Of a DNA stretch of 64,000 nt, positions 20,566-29,606 are shown piece after piece. Position 1 is the stretch's first letter. Each line of letters starts with the position of its first letter. The stretch comes from Luminiphilus sp. Lineage in GTDB: Bacteria; Pseudomonadota; Gammaproteobacteria; Pseudomonadales; Halieaceae. The notes below the pieces were generated by a model. The model was not told where the DNA came from. It searched no databases and saw only the letters and a program-made list of their open reading frames with translations. The stretch spans positions 609-64,608 of the forward strand of contig CBFHQV010000004.1 in the NCBI GenBank assembly GCA_965658055.1, in the 5' to 3' direction. A program made the translations under genes and the position numbers.

Positions 20566-22254
20566 ATGAGCCATGTAAACAGCCACGGTGCTTTCAGCCA
20601 TGCCAAATATCGGCGTTTTAACCCCGTGCAGAAGCCAGATCGTCGATGGCCCGATAAGGTCATTGAAAGAGCGCCCCACTGGTGCTCGGTTGATTTGCGA
20701 GATGGCAATCAGGCGCTGGTAGAACCCATGAATGCCGCCCAAAAATTGCGGCTTTGGGAGCAGCTTGTCGCCGTGGGCTTTAAAACCATAGAGGTGGGAT
20801 TCCCCTCCGCATCGAGCCACGATTTTGATTTTCTTCGAAAACTGATCGAGGAGGATCGGATACCCGACGATGTTACCGTTCAGGTATTGGTACAGGCGCG
20901 CGCCGAACTCATTACCAAAACCTATGAGGCGCTGCGGGGCGTCAAAAAAGCGGTTGTTCACTTTTACAACTCAACGTCTACGGTTCAACGCCGCGACGTG
21001 TTCAAACTCGATCGCAAGGGCATCATTGATATCGCGGTCGCTGGCGCCAAACTTGTTAAAGCGGAGGCCGCCCGCTATCCAGACACCCAGTGGACCTTTG
21101 AGTACAGCCCTGAGAGTTTTACAGGCACCGAACTCGATTTTGCGGTGGAGATCTGTGATGCAGTGAATGAAGTGCTTGAGCCCACCCCTGATGCCCCGGT
21201 GATTATCAACCTGCCCGCCACGGTGGAGATGAGCACGCCGAATATTTATGCGGATCAGATTGAGTGGTTTTGCGATCACGTGGCCCGGCGTGAGGCACTG
21301 CTTATTTCGCTCCATACTCATAATGACCGTGGTTGTGCTGTGGCTGCCGGCGAGCTTGGCGTGATGGCTGGGGCCGATCGGGTCGAGGGAACCCTAATGG
21401 GCAACGGCGAGCGAACCGGCAACATGGACATCGTCACCATGGCGATGAACCTGTATAGCCAAGGCATCGACCCCATGCTGAATTTTGAACACATGGACGA
21501 GCTCATTGCCGTGGTCAGGGAGTGCACCCAGATTCCCGTTCACCCACGACATCCCTATGCGGGGGACCTGGTGTTCACCGCTTTCTCGGGTAGCCATCAG
21601 GATGCCATCAACAAATGTCTGTCGCTTCGGGCGCCAGATGACCCATGGGATGTGGCCTATCTGCCTATCGACCCGCGTGATATTGGTCGAACCTATCAGG
21701 AGGTTATTCGGATCAATAGTCAGTCCGGAAAGGGGGGCGTGGCGTACGTCCTGCAGCGCGACTACGGCTATGAATTACCGCGATGGCTGCAAGTGGATTT
21801 TAGCCAGGCGGTCCAAAAGCTTGCGGAGCAAAGTGAGTCGGAGGTGGCATCCCAAGACATTCATCGGCTGTTCGAAGCCACGTATTTACGCGGCGGTGCC
21901 GATTGGGAGCTGGGAAGTTATCAGCTGGCGCGGGACGAGGGTGAAGATGCCCTAACAGCCACACTGAAAACGCCTACAGGTGAGACCAGCTTATCGGGGC
22001 GGGGCAACGGCGTAATCGACGCTTTCGTAAATGGCCTCGAAGCGCATTTTGGCCGTCGAATAGTGGTCGTTGAGTACAGCGAGCACACCCTGGGTCAGAG
22101 CGCTGATGCCGAGGCAGTGTGCTATGTACAACTTAATGTTGATGGCGAGCGCCCCTGCGGCGTGGGCCGCAGTCATGACATTGTCCAGGCAACCGTGAAT
22201 GCTATTTTGTCGGCGCTGGTGGCGGTCGATGTGGGTGCCTCTGCGGCGGCGTAG
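20566..22254 (+). CDS. leuA: 2-isopropylmalate synthase (long form, about 560 aa)
   Basis: The N-terminus PDRRWPDKVIERAPHWCSVDLRDGNQAL is typical of the long LeuA type. The HxH metal site reads SLHTHNDRG, and a C-terminal LeuA dimerisation/regulatory domain is present. Confidence 0.95.
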   Translation: MSHVNSHGAFSHAKYRRFNPVQKPDRRWPDKVIERAPHWCSVDLRDGNQALVEPMNAAQKLRLWEQLVAVGFKTIEVGFPSASSHDFDFLRKLIEEDRIPDDVTVQVLVQARAELITKTYEALRGVKKAVVHFYNSTSTVQRRDVFKLDRKGIIDIAVAGAKLVKAEAARYPDTQWTFEYSPESFTGTELDFAVEICDAVNEVLEPTPDAPVIINLPATVEMSTPNIYADQIEWFCDHVARREALLISLHTHNDRGCAVAAGELGVMAGADRVEGTLMGNGERTGNMDIVTMAMNLYSQGIDPMLNFEHMDELIAVVRECTQIPVHPRHPYAGDLVFTAFSGSHQDAINKCLSLRAPDDPWDVAYLPIDPRDIGRTYQEVIRINSQSGKGGVAYVLQRDYGYELPRWLQVDFSQAVQKLAEQSESEVASQDIHRLFEATYLRGGADWELGSYQLARDEGEDALTATLKTPTGETSLSGRGNGVIDAFVNGLEAHFGRRIVVVEYSEHTLGQSADAEAVCYVQLNVDGERPCGVGRSHDIVQATVNAILSALVAVDVGASAAA

Positions 22255-22363
22255 TGTTCTGCTGACCGGCATACACCACTGACGGTGCCGACGGGACTGG
22301 TGGCGGCGGAGAGCAGCTGTGTCACAATAGCCACGTCCCTAAACCGGTATCGGGTGGCGAGCG

Positions 22364-23503
22364 ATGGCCGCAGAAAACCCCTTAAAGCGGCATAACAGCG
22401 TATCAGGTAAATTCTCCTGGGCGGCCGTTCGCAGGGAGCTTTTGCAATCGACGCTGGTTGCGCCCAATGACGTTGATCCAAGAGATATCGAGTTCTCCAG
22501 ACGGTTAACGGTCTATCGTTTAATGCTGTTGGTGATGCTTGCCTCTTTGGTCGTCGTCATCATCGAATCAATTGCCGCGTTGCCGGGGTCACTTGCCCTG
22601 TTGGTCACCGCTGTGGTGCTAGGTTTTATGGTGGCTGCTACCAGCCTGTGGGTTTTCTGGCGCGGTACTTTTTTGTTACCCCCGATCATACCGCTGTTCG
22701 CAACCCTTGGAGTTACCTTATGGTCGATAGCCGGCGGTAACGCGCAACATTATTTTTGGCTGTTTCCCTTGATGATTGCCTTGGCTGGACTGATGCCTAT
22801 GATTATCGGTGCGGCACTGGGCGCGGTCGTTATCGTTTCATTAGTCGTGATGCAGCGGGCGGAGATGCACCCTTGGCCCGTCGCGAATGATTTGATTCTT
22901 GTGGTCACCCTTATCGTTTCCCTTGGCGTGATGCGACTGATGACCCGCCAGTCCGAGGAGCTTGCCGATCTCGCGTTAACAGACCCTTTGACGGGCGCCT
23001 ACAATCGACGGTATCTGACGCCGCAAACACAGCGAAATCTAGCGGACTACGAGCGCTACGCGCGCCTGTCATCGCTCCTGCTTATTGACATCGATCATTT
23101 TAAATCCATTAACGACCATCACGGTCACGCTGCGGGTGATCGAGTATTGCAGAGCGTGGTGAATCTCATCAGCGACCGTATCCGAGGGGTCGATATGTTG
23201 TTTCGTCTCGGTGGAGAGGAGTTTGTTATTTTGCTCAGTGAGGTAGCTTCCTCGTCAGCCGGCAAAATTGCCGAAGAGCTTCGAGTGACTATTAAGGCAC
23301 TGGAGCTCCTGCCCGATCGACCGGTGACCGTGAGCATTGGGGTGTGCGACGTGTCACAGGCTTCATCACCTGCTGATTGGCTAGCGCAAGTCGACTCGGC
23401 GATGTACCGTGCGAAACAGAGTGGACGTGATCGAGTCGAAGTTATTGAGTCCTCCTTGGGAGCTGTAGCCGGTGAATTGGTTGATATCACGGTCTGGCGC
23501 TAG
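22364..23503 (+). CDS. Membrane-bound diguanylate cyclase (GGDEF domain)
   Basis: About 5 predicted N-terminal TM helices precede a GGDEF domain. The active site reads GGEEF, and a canonical RxxD I-site (RGVD) lies five residues upstream. Confidence 0.88.
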   Translation: MAAENPLKRHNSVSGKFSWAAVRRELLQSTLVAPNDVDPRDIEFSRRLTVYRLMLLVMLASLVVVIIESIAALPGSLALLVTAVVLGFMVAATSLWVFWRGTFLLPPIIPLFATLGVTLWSIAGGNAQHYFWLFPLMIALAGLMPMIIGAALGAVVIVSLVVMQRAEMHPWPVANDLILVVTLIVSLGVMRLMTRQSEELADLALTDPLTGAYNRRYLTPQTQRNLADYERYARLSSLLLIDIDHFKSINDHHGHAAGDRVLQSVVNLISDRIRGVDMLFRLGGEEFVILLSEVASSSAGKIAEELRVTIKALELLPDRPVTVSIGVCDVSQASSPADWLAQVDSAMYRAKQSGRDRVEVIESSLGAVAGELVDITVWR

Positions 23504-24362
23504 CCGATGGTTGCTGTTGGGTTTGTTGCTGATTCAGGTCGGTTGTTCAAGTACCACGTTCCTCTACAATCGACTGGATACGCTCATCGGTTGGTACCTT
23601 CGCGACTATGTGACTCTCAGTCGCGAGCAACGCAAGGATTTTGATGGCCGTGTCAACGAGCTCCTTGACTGGCATCGCACTGAAGAACTACCCCGGTATG
23701 TTGTCTGGCTAACGGCGTTTGAGGCCAGTCTCGAGGACGGTCTCTCAGAGATTGAACTCGATAATTTAATCGATCAGGTTGAAGCAGCCGCAGATCGTTT
23801 GCAGGAGCGTGTCCTTGATTTACTCCTCGATTTCGGTGTGACCTTGTCAGTGGAACAACGCCTCGAGTTTGTGCAAACGCTCCAGTCAGACCAGGCCGAT
23901 CTGGAAGAAAAATACCTAAATAGGTCAGATGAGGAATACATAGGAGCCATCGAGAAGCAATTTCAGAAAAACCTAGGTCGCTTCTTGGGCAGCTTATCTG
24001 AAACGCAAAAAGGCACGATCCGCACCAGCAGCGAGACGTACATCAGGCTCGACTTTTTATGGGTTGAAGACCGTGCGCGCTGGGTTGCGCAGCTTGATGC
24101 TCTCCTGAGAAGTGATGACCCGGCATGGCCAGAGCAAGCGCGAAGGATTTATCAAGAGCGTCGCGCTAATCATGGGTCTGACTACGAGCAGGCGTTTGTT
24201 CACAACACGGATGTGTCACGACGGTTGGTGCGCGCGGTCATTAATCAGCGCACACCCAAGCAGGATCGAAGACTTCGGCGAGAGATAAATCAGTATCGCG
24301 CCGATTTCGAAGATCTTATTTCCCGGGGAGAGCCCCTCAGTCGAGAAGCGTTAGGTCTCTGA
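23472..24362 (+). CDS. Putative lipoprotein (resembles DUF6279 family), function unknown
   Basis: The GTG start gives [25 protein letters not shown] with a lipobox-like VGC. The rest is helical and charged. The start overlaps the cyclase gene by 32 nt. The family assignment is from memory only. Confidence 0.55.
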   Translation: MNWLISRSGASRWLLLGLLLIQVGCSSTTFLYNRLDTLIGWYLRDYVTLSREQRKDFDGRVNELLDWHRTEELPRYVVWLTAFEASLEDGLSEIELDNLIDQVEAAADRLQERVLDLLLDFGVTLSVEQRLEFVQTLQSDQADLEEKYLNRSDEEYIGAIEKQFQKNLGRFLGSLSETQKGTIRTSSETYIRLDFLWVEDRARWVAQLDALLRSDDPAWPEQARRIYQERRANHGSDYEQAFVHNTDVSRRLVRAVINQRTPKQDRRLRREINQYRADFEDLISRGEPLSREALGL

Positions 24363-26178
24363 CGGCACCTTTATCGGCGCTGGTCACCATTTTGGCGTAG
24401 ACCTTCAGTGCGGGACTTACCTGACGTGGTCGTGTCTTCGCCGGTTGCCAGGGTTTTTCGGCATGATCCATGGCCTCGCGACGCGCTGCTAATTCTGCGT
24501 CATCAATATCCACATTAATGCGCCGGTTCGGAATGTCGATGGAGATGGGATCCCCTTGTTGTACCAGTGCTATAGCGCCGCCGGCCGCGGCTTCAGGAGA
24601 GACGTGCCCGATGGAGAGCCCCGACGTGCCACCCGAGAAGCGCCCATCGGTGATCAATGCGCAGGCTTTTCCTAGGCCCTTCGATTTCAGGTAGCTCGTT
24701 GGGTATAGCATTTCCTGCATGCCGGGGCCTCCTCGAGGGCCCTCATAGCGCACGATGACGACGTCACCCGGGCTGACTCGATCCTCCAGAATGTCGGCAA
24801 CGGCATCTTCCTGACTCTCGCAAATATGGGCCGGACCGGTGAAGGTTAAGTTGTCGTCGTCGACCCCGGCGGTCTTCACAACGCATCCATCCTCGGCGAT
24901 GTTGCCAAAGAGAACGGCAAGTCCTCCCTCCAGAGAATAGGCATGTTCGAGTGCGCGAATACAGCCACCCTCGCGATCAAGATCTAGGCTGGGCCAGCGG
25001 GTGTCCTGACTAAACGCAGTTTGGGTCGGTATGCCGGCGGGTCCGGCAGAGTACATTTTTCTCACAGCCTCACTTTGCGTTGTCGCGATATCCCACTCGG
25101 CCAGTGCCTCAGCCATTGTGTCGCTGTGAACCGTATGGGTTTCGGTATTTACGAGACCTGCCCGATTTAATTCACCCAGAATTGCCATGACACCGCCCGC
25201 GCGATGAACGTCTTCCATATGATACAGCTGGGTGCTTGGCGCCACTTTGCAGAGCTGGGGAATACGGCGACTCAAGGAGTCGATATCCGCCATGGAAAAC
25301 GCCACCTCGGCCTCCTGGGCGGCGGCAAGAAGGTGGAGAATGGTATTGGTTGAGCCGCCCATGGCGATGTCGAGCGCCATGGCATTCTCAAAAGCGGTGC
25401 GATTGGCGATGTTCCTTGGGAGCACCGTGGCATCATCTTGTTCGTAGTAACGCTTGGCGAGCTCGACAATACGCTGACCTGCCTTGCGGAACAGCGCTTC
25501 TCTGTCAGCATGGGTGGCGAGCAGCGAGCCGTTGCCCGGCAGACTCAATCCAAGCGCTTCCGTCAGGCAGTTCATGGAGTTGGCGGTGAACATGCCAGAG
25601 CAGGAGCCACAGGTAGGGCACGCTGAGCGTTCGTATTCCTCCACGGTGGCATCGTCCACCGAGCTGTCTGCAGCGATGACCATCGCATCCACCAGATCGA
25701 GCTTGGTCTCGGAAAGCCTGGTCTTGCCGGCTTCCATGGGGCCGCCCGATACAAAGATGCAGGGTATGTTCAAGCGCATTGCCGCGTTGAGCATTCCGGG
25801 TGTGATTTTGTCGCAGTTTGAAATACACACCATGGCATCTGCACAGTGTGCGTTGACCATATATTCAACTGAGTCAGAAATGATATCCCGGGAGGGCAGG
25901 CTGTAGAGCATGCCATCATGGCCCATTGCAATGCCGTCATCCACAGCGATCGTGTTGAATTCTTTGGCCACGCCACCGGCCGCCTCAATTTCTCTGGCGA
26001 CTAATTGTCCCAGGTCTTTGAGATGGACATGCCCAGGAACAAACTGGGTGAACGAATTAACGACGGCGATGATGGGCTTATTGAAATCGCCGTCTGTCAT
26101 GCCCGTAGCCCGCCAAAGTGCGCGGGCACCTGCTTGGTTGCGGCCGGCGGTTGAGGTTTTTGAACGATACTGTGGCAT
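24337..26178 (-). CDS. ilvD: Dihydroxy-acid dehydratase
   Basis: The 613 aa product begins [26 protein letters not shown] and carries CDKITPGML and the GRFSGGTSG block, all canonical IlvD. Confidence 0.97.
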   Translation of the reverse strand: MPQYRSKTSTAGRNQAGARALWRATGMTDGDFNKPIIAVVNSFTQFVPGHVHLKDLGQLVAREIEAAGGVAKEFNTIAVDDGIAMGHDGMLYSLPSRDIISDSVEYMVNAHCADAMVCISNCDKITPGMLNAAMRLNIPCIFVSGGPMEAGKTRLSETKLDLVDAMVIAADSSVDDATVEEYERSACPTCGSCSGMFTANSMNCLTEALGLSLPGNGSLLATHADREALFRKAGQRIVELAKRYYEQDDATVLPRNIANRTAFENAMALDIAMGGSTNTILHLLAAAQEAEVAFSMADIDSLSRRIPQLCKVAPSTQLYHMEDVHRAGGVMAILGELNRAGLVNTETHTVHSDTMAEALAEWDIATTQSEAVRKMYSAGPAGIPTQTAFSQDTRWPSLDLDREGGCIRALEHAYSLEGGLAVLFGNIAEDGCVVKTAGVDDDNLTFTGPAHICESQEDAVADILEDRVSPGDVVIVRYEGPRGGPGMQEMLYPTSYLKSKGLGKACALITDGRFSGGTSGLSIGHVSPEAAAGGAIALVQQGDPISIDIPNRRINVDIDDAELAARREAMDHAEKPWQPAKTRPRQVSPALKVYAKMVTSADKGAVRDLTLLD

Positions 26179-26291
26179 GACAATCTCTCGGAGCGAGTGT
26201 TTCGATGGGGGTTTCGTCGTGGGCGAGAGTTTACCACTCTCAGTCCTTACAGAGCGCTGTCCTCCTACCGGTGTTGCCGATAAGGAGTCCG

Positions 26292-27596
26292 TTAGCCAAT
26301 CTGGTGGATCAACACCTTTGAGTTTCGCTGCAGATTGTAGAGCGCCCGACGTTCTGTGGGTAGTTGATCGAGGCTGGTCTCGCTGAAGCCCTGCTCCAGA
26401 AACCAGTGGGTGCTTTGGGTGGTCAGGACAAACAGGGACTGGATGTTCAAGCCCTTCGCCTCTTCCTCGAGCAGTGATAGCAAGTGCTGGCCTCGCCCAC
26501 CGCCTCGATAATCTTCGTGTGTCGCCACACAGGCGATCTCCGCTGTGTTTGAGTCACTAAACGGGTAGAGAGCCGCGCAGGCGATGATCCGCCCGTCCCG
26601 CTCGAGCACGCGAAAATTATCGATCTCTTGCTCTAACCGCTCCCGCGAGCGGCGCACCAGAATGCCTTTATCCTCAAGCGGCCGAATCAGATCCAGGACA
26701 CCGGCGATATCGTCGGCGTGGGCCCGCCGGACCTGCTCGTAAACGTCTTGGCTGATCAATGTGCCCCCACCATCATGGGTAAACAGTTCTTCTATCAGCG
26801 CTCCGTTGCGCTCATAACTGATGATATGTGCACGATGAACGCCCTGGTCACAGGCTCGACAGGCGGCGTCCCGATGCTCGTTTTGGACGGGGTGGTCCAG
26901 CAGCATCTGCCGGGCATCATCGACTGTCAGCTGACGCATAAGGTCGCCTGCCTTGTCCAGCAGGCCGGCCGCTTTATCCATAATAATGAGCTTGTCTGCT
27001 CCCAGCGCGATCGCTGCGGCAGTGGCCAGTTCGTTGGCACTTATGTTGAACACCTCGCCGGTGAGCGAAAAGCCGAGAGGCGATAACAGCAAGATGCCTT
27101 CGTTTTCTAAGACCCCCGACATGCCCACTGCGTCCAGTCGGCGAACTGCACCCGTAAACTGGAAATCGACGCCGTCGACAATTCCCAGGGGTCGCGCGGT
27201 GACGAAGTTTCCGCTGACGACGCGCAGCTTGGAGCCATGCATGGGTGAGTCTGGAAGGCCGGTGGACAGCTGGCTCTCGAGCTGGAGTCGCTGACTCGCG
27301 ACGACATCACGCACGACACCCAGCACCTCTTCGGTCGTAACCCGCACCCCGCGGTGGAGCGTGCCTTCTATATCAAGAGCCTCCAGTGCAAGTTCGATTT
27401 CGCCGCGGGTGGCATGAACCAGCACTAACTTAACCCCAAGCAGGTGCAGCAGGGCGAGGTCGTGAATCAGATGGGGAAAGGAAGGGCTGTCGAGGGCGCC
27501 ACTGCCCAAATAAATGACAAAGGTACGCCCCCGGTGAGACCGGATGTAGGGACTGGTATGTCGAAACCAGTCGATGTGATCGAGGGATGTGGGCAC
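26292..27596 (-). CDS. argA: Amino-acid N-acetyltransferase (N-acetylglutamate synthase)
   Basis: The 434 aa product has an N-terminal amino-acid kinase fold ([16 protein letters not shown]) and a C-terminal GNAT domain ([11 protein letters not shown]). Confidence 0.93.
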   Translation of the reverse strand: MPTSLDHIDWFRHTSPYIRSHRGRTFVIYLGSGALDSPSFPHLIHDLALLHLLGVKLVLVHATRGEIELALEALDIEGTLHRGVRVTTEEVLGVVRDVVASQRLQLESQLSTGLPDSPMHGSKLRVVSGNFVTARPLGIVDGVDFQFTGAVRRLDAVGMSGVLENEGILLLSPLGFSLTGEVFNISANELATAAAIALGADKLIIMDKAAGLLDKAGDLMRQLTVDDARQMLLDHPVQNEHRDAACRACDQGVHRAHIISYERNGALIEELFTHDGGGTLISQDVYEQVRRAHADDIAGVLDLIRPLEDKGILVRRSRERLEQEIDNFRVLERDGRIIACAALYPFSDSNTAEIACVATHEDYRGGGRGQHLLSLLEEEAKGLNIQSLFVLTTQSTHWFLEQGFSETSLDQLPTERRALYNLQRNSKVLIHQIG

Positions 27597-27839
27597 GACG
27601 TTAGGCTCGAAAAATACGCTTGCAACAGATGGTGTTCAGGAAAAAGCCGCCTAGCCTAACGGAAAAGTGATCAATAAGTCTCGGCAATTGTTGGCTTAGA
27701 GATGGGGTCCCATAGCCGTTGGTGAGAAGCTTGGGGTCAGGCCCGACCCTCAAAAAAGAACGGGTGACGGCGAGAAACGGCGGGGTGGAGAGACGTGATA
27801 AATCGGTGACAAGTGGCCCATAGTCCGTAAACTGCAGCC

Positions 27840-29603
27840 ATGGACACAGCGTTGACACTCCCAGCAGAAACACGGCTCGACGTTACGGCACTCGCCGAGG
27901 CGATGGTCCGCCACGATCGTTTGTCAGCCAAGGATCTATTGCGGCTGCGTGGAATGCGTCAAACCACAATCCATCCTTTGGTGTTTATTGCCGAGCAAAA
28001 GCTTGCGGACCCCTCGCTCAACGATACCTTGTGGGATATGCCGTCCTTATTGCAGTTTCTTTCCGAGCAGACCAACCAGCCAGTCGTCGAAATTGACCCG
28101 CTCAAAGTGGATGTAAAAGCCGTTGCCGAGGTTATGTCAGAAGCCTTCGCAGAGCGCCATCGTATTCTCGCGGTAGCAGTATCCGGTGATGAGGTCACAA
28201 TCGCGAGCGCGGAACCCTGGGTTGCGGCATGGGAGAAAGATCTCGAACACGTTATTCGAAGACCTATCAAACGGGTGTTGGCAGATCCACGTGACATCAG
28301 TCGGTATACCCGGGAATTCTATGCCATGGCGCGCTCCGTCGAGGGCGCTCGGCACCGCGCTCAGGGCGGAAGTGATTTATCGAACCTCGAGGCGATGGTT
28401 CAGCTCGGCAGCGGTGAGCCCGATGCTAACGATCAACATATTGTTCGGGTTGTTGATTGGCTGCTGCAGTACGCGTTTGAACAGCGGGCCAGCGATATCC
28501 ACGTCGAGCCACGGCGGGATGTGGGGAATGTCCGTTTCCGCATCGATGGTGTGTTACACAAAGTTTATGAGCTGCCCAGTGCCGTGGCGGCAGCGGTCAC
28601 AAGCCGGTTAAAAATACTGGCCAGATTGGACGTGGCGGAAAAGCGCAGGCCTCAGGATGGTCGATTGAAAACCCGTTCACCAGCTGGTGGTGAAATTGAG
28701 CTACGGCTGTCAACGCTTCCCACGGCATTTGGTGAGAAGCTGGTGATGCGAATTTTTGATCCTGAAGTGCTGCTGAAATCATTCGATGATCTCGGCCTGC
28801 GTGGTGACGACTATAAGCGTTGGCAGGGCATGATCGCCCAGGGCACCGGCATTGTGCTGGTCACTGGACCCACAGGGTCGGGTAAAACAACGACGCTTTA
28901 TTCCACCTTGCGACAGCTGGCGACCCCTGACGTAAATGTCTGCACCATTGAAGACCCGATTGAAATGATGGAGCCCTCCTTTAACCAAATGCAGGTCAAT
29001 CAAACCATTGATTTGGATTTTGCGACAGGGGTGCGCGCGTTGATGCGGCAGGACCCAGACATCATTATGGTTGGAGAAATTCGCGACCTTGAAACCGCGA
29101 ACATGGCTATTCAAGCAGCGCTGACGGGACACCTAGTTCTAAGCACCCTGCACACCAACGATTCTCCCGGTGCTATATCGCGGCTCATTGAATTGGGTGT
29201 GCCTCCCTTTTTACTGCGTGCAACGGTGCGTGGTGTCATGTCCCAGCGATTGGTGCGCAGGCTTTGTGAGTCTTGTAAACAGCCTGAGCCAGTCGACGCC
29301 GCTATTTGGTCTTCCTTGGTAGATGCCGAGGCAACGCCACCACCCGCTAACAGTTACCGCCCCATTGGGTGTAAGCAGTGTCGAGATACCGGTTATCGCG
29401 GCCGTGAAGGCGTTTACGAAGTGTTAGTCGCGGATGAGGCGGTGCAATCTCACATCGTCAACAACCACAACATGGGCGATCTCCGAGAGGCGGCCAGGCA
29501 AGGTGGCATGGTTCCGCTTCGGACCGCTGGCGCAGAGAAAGTGGCTCGAGGAGAAACGACCATCGAAGAGGTCCTGCGAGTAACCCCCGCCTTTGAGGAC
29601 TGA
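27840..29603 (+). CDS. GspE/PulE/PilB-family secretion ATPase, with no other secretion genes nearby
   Basis: The product has a T2SSE_N-like N-domain. Walker A reads GPTGSGKTTT, the Asp box EDPIE, Walker B IIMVGEIRD and the His box STLHTN. A tetracysteine cluster is present (CESC...CKQC). Confidence 0.9.
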   Translation: MDTALTLPAETRLDVTALAEAMVRHDRLSAKDLLRLRGMRQTTIHPLVFIAEQKLADPSLNDTLWDMPSLLQFLSEQTNQPVVEIDPLKVDVKAVAEVMSEAFAERHRILAVAVSGDEVTIASAEPWVAAWEKDLEHVIRRPIKRVLADPRDISRYTREFYAMARSVEGARHRAQGGSDLSNLEAMVQLGSGEPDANDQHIVRVVDWLLQYAFEQRASDIHVEPRRDVGNVRFRIDGVLHKVYELPSAVAAAVTSRLKILARLDVAEKRRPQDGRLKTRSPAGGEIELRLSTLPTAFGEKLVMRIFDPEVLLKSFDDLGLRGDDYKRWQGMIAQGTGIVLVTGPTGSGKTTTLYSTLRQLATPDVNVCTIEDPIEMMEPSFNQMQVNQTIDLDFATGVRALMRQDPDIIMVGEIRDLETANMAIQAALTGHLVLSTLHTNDSPGAISRLIELGVPPFLLRATVRGVMSQRLVRRLCESCKQPEPVDAAIWSSLVDAEATPPPANSYRPIGCKQCRDTGYRGREGVYEVLVADEAVQSHIVNNHNMGDLREAARQGGMVPLRTAGAEKVARGETTIEEVLRVTPAFED

Positions 29604-29606
29604 GTA

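Noticed and set aside
27720-27760. A GC hairpin (gggtc..gaccc) followed by an A-run lies upstream of the GspE-like gene and might be a terminator.
   Set aside because: On the plus strand the hairpin is followed by A residues, not T. On the minus strand the T-run precedes the stem. Neither orientation gives a functional intrinsic terminator.
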